A stretch of DNA of 64,000 nucleotides from the NCBI GenBank assembly GCA_002633005.1, contig NMRA01000165.1, forward strand, positions 501,541-565,540. The letters are read 5' to 3'. Below, piece after piece: positions 53,301 through 64,000 of this stretch. The stretch is from Phoronis australis (Eukaryota; Animalia; Phoronida). Within the stretch, counting starts at the first letter, position 1; each line of letters starts with the position of its first letter. The translations under genes and the position numbers were made by a program. Under the pieces are notes generated by a model, which was not told the origin of the DNA, did no database searches, and saw only the letters and a program-made list of their open reading frames with translations.

Positions 53301-55900
53301 ATACATGACGATATACCCACTGTGGTTTCCTGAAAACAAACAGAATTGCATCTGTGGCGGAATAAACCAAAAATTTCGAACTAACTGAATTAAAATCGCA
53401 TTATTTAGACATGATTACCTATTCTGTTACCGATATGCTCGCGTATGGATGTGGTTTTAATTATGCCATTTCTTAGTTGTGGTCAACCGCCCATCCCTTT
53501 TTGGAATAAAGCTCCATCTTCAGGGAAAGGAAGTGTTTGTATTTTATGTATTTGAATTGAGTAGTGTGATGGACAAGGTTACAAGTTAATTCGCGGTGAG
53601 AAACGGACTTTACGCTTTAGAGGTTTGACTTTGAGGTTTGCAAGTAAAAACTCAAAACCCTGAATCTTTTAGGGAGTTCAATATTTCTTCAAACTAAGCA
53701 TCTTCAGGTAACGCCGTGATCTAAAAAATAACGAATTCTTTGTCGTAACCAAGCCCTAAAATCAGTATTTTCTAAATTGAATAAGGGAGATCGGTTTCAT
53801 AATGGTGAGTGGTCTAAACCAAGACTTGTTTTTTTTACAGGAAGCACGTGGTTGACGTCGCTTTAAAAAGTGGTAAAATAGCTAACTAAACTTATCAAAT
53901 GTGTAGAAAGGACGTTGTAATTCACAAAATGTCGTGATTAGGGAGATACGTGCAGCTGGCACTCCGATGTAGGCATAAATTTCGACAGATTTTCTCCAGG
54001 GTGTAATATTTATTATTGTGTTGGAAACACGACAACGAATCGTTTATGAAATAAGTGCACTATGGCAACATTTACAATAATTTTGTGATACTTATGCCAC
54101 CACAACAAAGAAAATTACGTCAAAAGTTTTTGAAACCACAACTTTTGCGTCCTTTTTTGCAAGGTCATGTGTCATTGTTAACAACTTCGGATGTACCTCA
54201 AATTTAGCTATATCTGCTCATGCTTGTCACGCCTGACCTCATCAACACTTTTAAAATCCTACATCGACGTAAATGCGGCAGCGTTCTGTCTTTCCTGTCG
54301 GATGTTATCAAATTTATTGTGTGTAATTGGTGGGTTTCAGTTCTTTCCTAAAACCTTCTCTAAACCTTCTGAACCGCACACTGTTGTGGTGAAGCGTTGC
54401 TACAATTAATTATGACTTGAATGATAAGAAACTGTTATTCAGAGAGATACCGATGGTTTATTACCGTTCTTGGAATCTCGTTAATGAACCTTCAAATATA
54501 TTAAACCTTCTCAAACATTAGTGCGCCGGTTGATAACTTCAAATTTCGTAGGTGTAGCAATTATGCAATTTCCGAATTCTGGCAAATGATTGCGTATGAA
54601 TGGCTTTAGTCAGGTGTTTCAATGAATAGCAAACATAGTTTGGAGGGTACCATTACTAGTTAAACTTGTCTTTTCACGTGACAATGACAAACCTCATGGT
54701 AGTCGAAACCGTTTTAGTTCTTCTTTCTCCTATTAGAACTTTGAAAGTAATTTGACGTGAGAACCCGAGATTTACCATTTGCCGAAATGTTGAATGCAAT
54801 TACCTGAATTGTTTTTAGCGCATCTTTCAATCAGCGAAGTAAAAAATGCGGCCTTTCACAAATAAGTCCGTCGGACTCGCTGAATCATAGATACTGGATA
54901 AACAGTATAATATATGGTTGAATTATATTGTGCAACAATGAAATGTTTATTTTACATGACGCATCCAATCTAAACCTGCAATACACATAGCTGTAAACCA
55001 CACTCAAAATTCGATTACCGGCAGTTTGAACATTCGTTGCGTTCCCTCGAGAATATAAAATGTGTTTTCACAAGTTTTTCTTCATTGACTCTCAGACAGA
55101 AACAACTCATCAACAGTTGTGAAAACCACTTTAATGTGTTTATTTTACCTGGGTTTTTGGTCTGTTCACCGTCTCCAGAGACGACTTGTGTGCGTTTTTG
55201 TCTGTAAGTTGTTAGTTCAAGCTGGAAGGATGGGGCATAATTCTTAGTTTAAGTGTCAGCCAAATTTATCATTTTAGGTTCCAATACTAGGGTTCAATAA
55301 TTCAAACCCGGAGTGAGCGATAAACTCGCTTGGACTTGTGCAAACAATTTTAAAAGAATAACCCGTTTCCCAAAGTCCATGCACTCAATCATTTACAAAT
55401 TAACATTTTCAAGTTTAAACAACTTTTCAAGAATATGGTTGTCGATAACATGAACAATACGCTGTGAAATAGCTGCATTACGAACTTGTGAGATAATTAC
55501 ACGACACTAAAAACCAAATTGTTTCCTGATAAAGTCGACATTACTCTACGGCTTAACGCGAATCCTATCATGATGGTATCGATGTCCAGTTGGAAGTGAA
55601 TTACCACAATTACTCAATTATAACTATCCTAATAGACAGTAAGCTATCATGAGTTTCATGGGGGTCTTTGATCGCAAACAGCCGACATTCCACCTCTTCA
55701 ATTCGTTAGGTCTGCTGTGGGCGGGGTGGGATGACGTAATCACTAATTAAAGATTGGTTCGGGACCAGCTGTTCTGAATCGGTTACAATTTTGCACTGAG
55801 TATGACATCGCCTCTTTATGGAAACGAAATTCACGCGAAGCGTTAACAATTCATGGCCATGGCTACACTCGATCATTTCGATTGACAATTATTGTATTAC

Positions 55901-56046
55901 CAGTGGCGGATTTTGAGGGGGGCCAAGGGGGGCATGGCCCCCCTAAAATTCCATTTGGCAGTTCGGAAGTGCGAATGTCTGACGGGCAAAATCCTGGCTA
56001 ATACGATACCATGCCACCTCAACTCAAAATCCTGGATCCGCCCCTG
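55901..56046 (+). mobile_element. 146-bp MITE with 5-bp TSD (hAT5-like)
   Basis: TIRs CAGTGGCGGAT / ATCCGCCCCTG; ATTAC on both sides. Confidence 0.8.
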
Positions 56047-56575
56047 ATTACCACATCCTTCGATACATTTTGGCAATAATACACAGGAATACAATACAAC
56101 ATACAACAAAGCTTAAATATCTAAGTGATGGAGGTACAAACTAGAATTGTTGTCTGCTTTTGCTGTACAGAGCAGAGAAGTCAGTAAGCCTCTCTGATGC
56201 TTTCATCTTACTTTTCGTCAAAAATAACTTTTGCTAATATAAGCCACTTTCCGATAGAAAACCGATCTCAACTTGTTCCTTTTTCGGATTAGGCGTGCTT
56301 CCTGGTCTTATGAAGTACAGATAATTCGTTTGTGCCTGACGTCATGCCTACTTGACCTATGAAATGACCACCCGGGTCAAGTCAACTTCAGTGGAGACTG
56401 GTCTTGAGCAATGACAAACTGTCAGCTTTATGTGGTAGAATTTGAGCAAGGCACAAATTGAGACTTGTGTTATGCTATAAAAATATCTACTTTCTTTTGA
56501 CGGGAGGAGGGTTTATAACGTATTTAAGTAACCATGACGCACAAGAACCAAAACTTTGTATTTCTTTATTTTCAG

Positions 56576-57043
56576 TCAGTCGAGGACAACATGAAGACAG
56601 AGTGTAAATGTCATGGGGTGTCCGGATCGTGTGAGCTCCAAACGTGCTGGCGCGCCATGCCTTCCTTTCGAAGAGTTGGTGACATTGTGAAGGAAAAGTT
56701 CGACGGTGCCACCGAGGTTGTTCAGACGCGCATAGGTACGCGAAAACAGCTGATGCCCTTGAACAAACAATTCAAGCCGCATACGAATACTGACTTAGTT
56801 TACTTGACTGCATCACCTGACTTCTGTGAGCCCGACCCTAAGATCGGCTCTTTAGGGACGCAGGGACGCCTGTGCAATAAATCGTCGAAGGCGATAGATG
56901 GGTGTGAGTTGTTGTGCTGTGGCCGGGGCTACAGGTCGGTGCGGAGGAGGGTGGTAGAGAGATGCTTCTGTAAATTCCATTGGTGTTGTTATGTCAAATG
57001 TAAAGAGTGCGAAAAAATGGTGGATGAGCACTACTGCCTATGA
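56576..57043 (+). CDS. WNT4: Wnt4, exon 4 (terminal)
   Basis: [10 protein letters not shown] acylation motif; [26 protein letters not shown] and [19 protein letters not shown], all characteristic of Wnt4. Spliced CDS is 1062 nt = 353 aa. Confidence 0.97.
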   Translation, partial: SVEDNMKTECKCHGVSGSCELQTCWRAMPSFRRVGDIVKEKFDGATEVVQTRIGTRKQLMPLNKQFKPHTNTDLVYLTASPDFCEPDPKIGSLGTQGRLCNKSSKAIDGCELLCCGRGYRSVRRRVVERCFCKFHWCCYVKCKECEKMVDEHYCL

Positions 57044-60000
57044 AAGTAAGATGGCGGAAGTCTTGGGTGAAACACGGTGCAAGTGGTGGTTCAGTGAATG
57101 ATGACAGCTACGTGACGAGTCATTTTCAGAAATACACGGCTTGAGTATGCTCCGTGGCTACGTGCAAAGTCAATTTTAAGTATCGCTCAGATGAATTCGT
57201 TGTCCAAGACTGTGATGTTCGATAGTGTTGTACACTGGAGCAATGGTATTTATCAAATCAGCGTTAGCTAACGATCTTTGAGGGATATTTGACTGTGTGA
57301 CTGTGGTACATGTTGCATCTTTCGCAGAGTTAACGTTAGCACGAGACTCCGTTCTGTGTTTTTCGCAAGTTTGGTGAGAATGCGCAAATTAACGCGAGTG
57401 AAATGCAGATCTTAGACAGAAACACCAGCGAGATTGCCGCCACTGAAATGATTGGACGACTTGGCTGAAATGTTGAATTAGGAAATGAATTTCACTGTTT
57501 GAGTTGCATAAGACAAGATTCTTCGCTGCGAGTGTCTAACTTAACGGAACACGCCCAATTCGGCTATGGGAAACAACGGTGCAAGCCACCTGGAGTTCGA
57601 AAGAACAAAGCAAGTTGGCAATTTTCTTGCAGTTTTGATCATATATGACAGGCACTAAGAACCAAAACTTAACTAAAAGCTCGGCGTGTCGCCAAAACAT
57701 GAGTGCATGAATGGGATATTGAAAAAGCTAGAAACGAAGTCAGTTTTGAGCATGTTAGGTTGTAAATATACTAAGTTATTGTATGTATTGTATAGTATCA
57801 AGCGAAGTGTGTTTAAATGTACACGTTCACAAGACAAAATTTGTAAATAGTATTTATGATGTCTGTCCCAAATATGCATTGTTGTACCTATCAGAGATTA
57901 TATACGTAAGCCTTTTATAATAGAGTTTCTGCTCTACATTTCTTGACTGTTAAAATCTTGAAATCCGCAAGTCTAACTCGCAGTTTCTATGCAAATAGAT
58001 TAATTTTACATTTGGTTTCACCGTTTCTGCGCGCATACGAGATAAACATCACGTCATAGGCGCAATAGAAAACTCTGAAAAGCTTTAATTAAAAGGCAGA
58101 TCAAAACAAAATTCTGATTTAGGTATGTGGTATGTAATCTCTGTCTATTTTGTAAGGGTTGAATACATCACTTCCTTTACTTGTTGACATAGTTTCTTGT
58201 TATGCTTTTGTTGCAACAACCAGTGTCACCTTTACTGCAATTTCGTTATCTGAAACGTGTAAATATCAAGCTCGCCGAATTCTCTCGCTGCGCCGCAGTT
58301 ACTCTTTGTTGGTTGAACTCCACAACACGATGTGGTATTGACCAGAAAACCCCTCGCACAAAATATTATAAGAGCTCGCCATTCACGACTTACATCATAT
58401 ACTCAAACAGAATATTCTAAGACAGCACAAACGCACATTTGATGATGGCGTACATGTATTCAGAATGATTAAAGTTGTTACGAGCCTGTAAAAACTTAGG
58501 TTGACTATCGTTTGCCATCGCTCAATTTGTTCAGCAGTATAGATTTAGGGTCTTGGGGAGAACAGGGCTTGGAGTTTTCCTCTTTTAAGGGATTTCCTCT
58601 TTTGTGTTTCGATTTCCACATATTCGATTTCCAGTTTCCTATTCTTTCGTCTCTTGTTTATCATTGTTTTGACTTTATTCATGCAAAGACGTTATTTCTA
58701 TCACTGATTGGCTCAGCAAGTTGCCTTGACACGGCAGGTCATATTATGTGCCGAGCATGGTGTCCAGTAATAAGCTGCTCCCTGTCAGCGATGTTACTGT
58801 AAAAAATCTTGTTTAATGGTCAGTTTTACCAAAGCAAATCTTTGAGGTTCTCGCATCACGCCATAAGTTTTGATGATTTTATTTTTCCGGTATCAAGTTT
58901 TCAACGATCTGGGGGAAAATTTGAACAAGGATTGTACGAACGAAACTGTACCTGATCAGTGGGTAACGATACCATTGGACGCGGTTGCAAGTGGTGTGAA
59001 CGTGTAATTCCCGAGATAACTTGTTTTCTTTTCTCTGGTGTTGCAGGCAGAAGTGGTGTGTTCTTAATTATGTCTTTATTGCAAACACTTGCTCTCCACC
59101 GCTGAAAAAAACGATCGAGAGACATTTCTTGCAGTCATTTATTTCAGGCCAGTATCTCAATGAAAAAAGAACAAAAACATCCCCTTAATTATACTTCAAA
59201 TTAAAAAATGGAAAAACAATATTAAACACAACAAACATTTAACGCCTGATTATATTTTTTCAGTTCGGGTTCAAAAATCTCTCTCAAGACGGCCGCATGT
59301 TTCCGTCAAAAATCAAAACTCAAACGACAAGAACTGAGTTGCAAATACATAAAGAAATGTTCACCAGGAAGTAAAAAATACCGGCGAATACTTCGTTCCC
59401 ATAATCTACACTCCGGTCTCCAGCTTATTCAAGTACGGTAATCTTGATCGCCATGACAACGTTTGCAAATTCTTTGATGTTAACATTTTTTTCTCGACCT
59501 GAGAAAAATCAGGTATTCATTTACTGATGAGGCAAATCTAATTTTGCCGCATAGTTTTGAAGAATGCAACAACTTTTCCCATTACGATCAGTCTAGTGTT
59601 CAAGGTAATGAAATATTCCTTTTTGCCTATTTTTTCACTGCACATCAAAAGAAGTAGAGAACAAAGAGATTAGATTTTCAGGTATGCGACTGTACATGTG
59701 TAGTCCCAAAACTAACATTTTATGTCAAAGGGAATCTCATTTCTACATTTTTATCGACATCGAGCGTTTACCCGATCATCAATTTCTCCTAGTGTATGTA
59801 CATGTATCTTTCTTCCTAGGCTGTTGCAGCCAAATACCATATCCATTTAGTGGCGGTTCTCAAATTTTGACGACAGTACTGGAGACGTGATCTGTTCGGA
59901 CCTTTTGCACCCCCCCCCCCCGCCTCGTATAAAATAACTCAGCCTTTTCCGGTCTATGTATCAGTGTATTTTGCCGTTTCTGAGTATCCTAGAAAAGACT

Positions 60001-61296
60001 TTGCAACACTACCACCTTAGAACATCCAAGTTGATTTGCTTTTGTACACTCTGAGGTATAGAAAACCTATTACAAATTCGTGGAGTTATTGTTTAGTAAA
60101 TACAGGAAGTGAACACAAATGATACTTTACACGGAACCTACAGTTCTATAAGGCTATCTTCAAAAGAAATTTATTCTTTTCTGATTCGAAAAATGCTCAG
60201 ACATTTTTCTTTCTTAACCACATTTGATAAAAAAGTTGGCTACGGTAAACCACAAAGATACGTAATGGCCTTTCTGTTTTATTGTTTATTTGTACATTAC
60301 ACATTCCAATTGACAAGTGTGGGCGGGAACATTATTATCACACATCCATTACACATATTACACATTTAACGAGATAACTGTAATGGAAACGGGAGTCTCG
60401 CTCTGCGGCATGTACAACGACAAGAGGGTTGTCAGATTTACGGACTTGATCAAAACGGCGATGGTATATCGTTTTAGGACTAACGCGAACCTTTGTTATT
60501 CGGTCATTGAGGTCGCACCTCCCTCCCCCGTTTGCCTTCTCTTAAGCCTGAAGAGACGCAATAGTTCCACACGTACTATTCTCGATGGAGTTTCAAGCAC
60601 CAGCGCCATCTATTGCTAGAACACGACGGTTACAAATCACACCGACAGTCAGCAACGCAGCAAAAATCGTTGTATTCGCTGTTGAATATCTGTATTACGG
60701 GATCGACGCACGACATTAATATACACAGCAAGCCGCCTAATCATACTGGGATTTTTTTTTAGATATGCAGTGGTCTCGTAATTTTTTACCAGTTTCTTCT
60801 TCCGTTCTAACAAGGTTGCTTTGGCAACATAAAACATAGGGCCAGCGTCCATTTTTATGTAATAAGTTACTGTTACAGTCTCCCACATTTACCCCACACC
60901 AGAGCAGTTAGGGGTTTCTTATTTCACCTCAATACATATTTACAAAACTCCTTACGTACATTTTCGATCGACTTACAGACCATAATTCACACTATACTTC
61001 CGCACTATACGACAACACAGGTAATATCAATGTGTCAGGGTATATATAGTAGTAATAACAAGTGAGGAAACAAAACAACAAATCGTATTACATTACAGGA
61101 ATGTAAAATTTATCGCAGATACATGAAATATGACGGATAAATGAAATATTACAATTTTGTTGGACACTGAAAAATGAGAACGAGTCAAAAGAACGTGAGT
61201 GTCTGGATGTAAGAATAAGTGAATGAAAATCTATACCGTGATAGGATTCTATTTCCGTTACCAACAAGAACTTTGAAACTAATGAGCGACTCGAGA

Positions 61297-61490
61297 AAAC
61301 TCTTCAGAGATCACAATTGTGGTTGGCCAATCTTAAAATTGCGTGTCGAAAATGGCACATGTACGCAGTTGCCTGTGGCTTGAGTTGATAACGGGAATGG
61401 AATCCTACCACGGTAAGGAATATTATGGAACTGATTTCATGAAAGTATAAGGCCGAATTTGATTTTCGTTTTTAGCCAGCTAAACAGGAC
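61297..61490 (+). repeat. Unclassified ~200-bp dispersed repeat, copy 2
   Basis: Direct-orientation similarity to 46420-46620. Confidence 0.7.
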
Positions 61491-62364
61491 GAAATGAAAC
61501 AATAAGCCAACTCATTTACCGTCTGTCTAGAAATATGGTTTCGTAATTAGTACCCACCAACATAAGACCCAAGGACCAAAAAAGCCCCCATTAGTGCTCT
61601 TTCAGGATTGTTTTGCATTTCTTGATGAGGACAAAGGTATGTAAAATGTAGCAAAATGTTATAATTCTCTCAATTTTGATCATTTAAAGGTCCTTTAAAA
61701 TATTTGAAGTTTACCAATGAGTTCAGTTGTCAAGGAAGGCCGGTCGTTACTGGACTTCTCATATAGTAACCTGTCAATAAAGGGAAAGCTGGTTGGTCAA
61801 CCAAAGTTAACATCTCGGTAGAAAAACAACTCATTCGCCACTACGTACCACTGAGTTCAACTTTCTAATAATTAATATATGTCACTTACGTACTACTTAC
61901 AGCACTCTTAACTGAAGCCCACAGATAAATGAGGGGTAACAGGCCAGTAGCTAGCATTGCACAGGGGATGGTTCGAATTTCTAGTACGGTGGATCTTTGA
62001 TATTTTGCAAACATCGGCACTGTATTGTTTTGGGTAAGGCCCTTGACGCAGCTTAACTAGGAGGGAGGGAAATCTGTAAACACAACGACGACTCTCAGCA
62101 TATGTTCCCAAGATCAGACGGAATTCGTCATACTACAAATGAGGATGTCCTGACGGTTGCTCACAAAGAACGGGCCGGGGGTGGTCCAGAAAGAGAATGT
62201 TCCCGCGTTACCCCCTGCCAAACCGGGCGTGCTTAAATGAGCGATTACACCTCATTACTTACTTGGACGAAAATACTTAATCTGAAAATGATCGACTTGA
62301 ATATTTTGATCTGGTTGTATTTTGCGTGTTACTTAACTTGGCTTACATCGCTGGAAATGGGAAC

Positions 62365-63175
62365 AGCCCAGTATTCCAAAGGTTCACTGCTCTGGAGGTT
62401 CACTATTCCGAAAGTTCACTACTCCGAAAAGGTCTAAAATTTCGGGCTTGGGTGTGTCAAATATCCCTTTTTACCAGCAAAAATAAACGACACTTCGGTT
62501 ATTAGATGCACTAGGTGGTGTACATATGTTCAAACAACGTCCGGATTTTATGCGCATGCGACATTGCCCGCATGTCTTTCTAACAGAGATAATGAGTAGG
62601 CCTACGTATTTTTAAAAGATTATGAAGTAGGAATACTGATGAATTATCAACCACTATACATTCATCAAATCCATGCAAGGTCGCATCATTTCACAGCGTG
62701 ACTGAGCTAGTTTAGGGCTGCTGCCCCTCAAAGTCACCCATCGGAACGACGCGAATGGCCGGGTCGAAACTAAATGTAGTTAGTAGCCTACCCTGTCCCT
62801 GCCAGTCTTCACGCCGCTATTGATCGCTGAAGTCCTGACCCGATGTTCCCTGCTTGAGGCTGAATGAGTCGTTAGTTAGATTGAAGATTCACGATTGGCA
62901 GTGATTGGAACTGAGCTCATGTAAACAATGTAATCAATGTTTTTTAAAAGGGTTTACAAAAGTTGAATAGTTCTCTTGTACACCCTTTAATTAGTAACTA
63001 AATGTGCACAAATACAATACTTTTCTCACATGTAAGTTCCTACTCGTAGACAATCTGTCGAAGTTCTGGTTTGGGAATTATGGAGATTCGAAGTATTCAC
63101 TTTCGAAGGTAGCGAACCTTCGCAGTAACTTCGGAGTAGTGAACTCAATAGTAGTGAACCTTCAGAATATTGACA
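62365..63175. mobile_element. Probable degenerate MITE with inverted arrays of 16-bp subterminal repeats
   Basis: Tandem GGTTCACTAYTCCGAA-like units at 62370-62430 and their reverse complement (TTCGGAGTAGTGAAC) at ~63085-63172. Confidence 0.5.
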
Positions 63176-63370
63176 TATAACCTTGGAAATCTTTTCCATC
63201 AAGTTTGTTGCTCGCCTTATGACGCCTGTGAGGCTCTGCGCCATTGGCACTGATTGACAAGAGAAGACTTTCTTTATTGACTAAAGTTTTTACTAGGTCT
63301 AGACCTACTTTGCCCTAATAATGTGAACATGCTCGTCGGGGATTTCTTAGTGCATGAAAATACAATAGTT

Positions 63371-63476
63371 CATGGGCGGTGCAGCACACTGCCGGAAAAA
63401 GTGGGGACCGTCTATACCCCCCCCCCCCCCCCCCCCCCCCCCCNCCCCCCCAGCCCCCTATGGTGCGCCGCCCTTG
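63371..63476 (-). mobile_element. Third copy of the small 5-bp-TSD MITE (poly-C tract with an N)
   Basis: CATGGGCGGTGCA...TGCGCCGCCCTTG flanked by TAGTT on both sides. Confidence 0.8.
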
Positions 63477-64000
63477 TAGTTAAATGTCTGAATTTAGGGG
63501 AAAACGGAGGACTGCCTGTAGTGAACTTCATCATCGGCGTGCAGTCTACCGAATTTAAAAGACATGCCGGAAACGCACACACGTGAGTACACGCATGTAT
63601 GTCATCCACCAATCCACTACCAAAGTGGAAATTTGAAAATGTTTGCTCTTTAATATACCGTACTCTGCCACTATCAAAATAGCAGATAAAACTACTTTCT
63701 GCTATTTTGTTTCTTGGTCGATTTTAAGGCGTTCACACAGCACTAGTTTTTTGAGAGTTCTCTCGCTGCTAGTGATATAGCCTAGCACAGACAAGACTTC
63801 CGCCTCAGTGTTACCCTAATGTTGTAGCCACCACGCGCGTTCAGTGCCGACGAATAACATAAAGCCTCCTCAAATCGTCGGTCTGCACGATCCTATCATC
63901 AAGCACCATTCGGGCGAAGTTGACGGACACGGCCCGATGACTCTTGTATTACGTGAACTAAATTCCGAAGGTGAGTTAGTCACGTACTAATAGCTGCAAC

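Overview
This is AT-rich animal (invertebrate-like) nuclear DNA, not prokaryotic, so most ORF-track entries are spurious. Four genes are supported. (1) A minus-strand gene running off the left edge, represented by one 1.6-kb Lys/Ser-rich coding exon (3024-4668) with a possible BCL2L12/BCL2L14-like N-terminal helix. (2) Complete MRPL23 (+, 5 exons, 6585-21558, 163 aa). (3) Complete NUP37 (-, 7 exons, 36772-24502, 326 aa). (4) Complete Wnt4 (+, 4 exons, 40406-57043, 353 aa). All exon phases were checked by hand and join in frame through GT-AG introns. The introns hold many non-autonomous transposons whose ends can be read directly: a MULE-like foldback (9-bp TSD) nested in another foldback, a hAT-like element (8-bp TSD), tiny MITEs with 5-bp TSDs, Academ-like elements (TAGCC..GGCTA, 9-bp TSD), a Harbinger-like MITE, a Kolobok-like relic with P2X7-ballast-like and THAP-like remnants, an RNase H LINE fragment, and two Helentron/HINE-like elements carrying ~150-bp tandem arrays of CTCF-like motifs. 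No new system can be proven from sequence alone. The best leads are the orphan Bcl-2-family candidate, the transposon-borne CTCF-like arrays next to the Wnt4 domain, and the MRPL23-NUP37 adjacency as a possible pre-vertebrate linkage.
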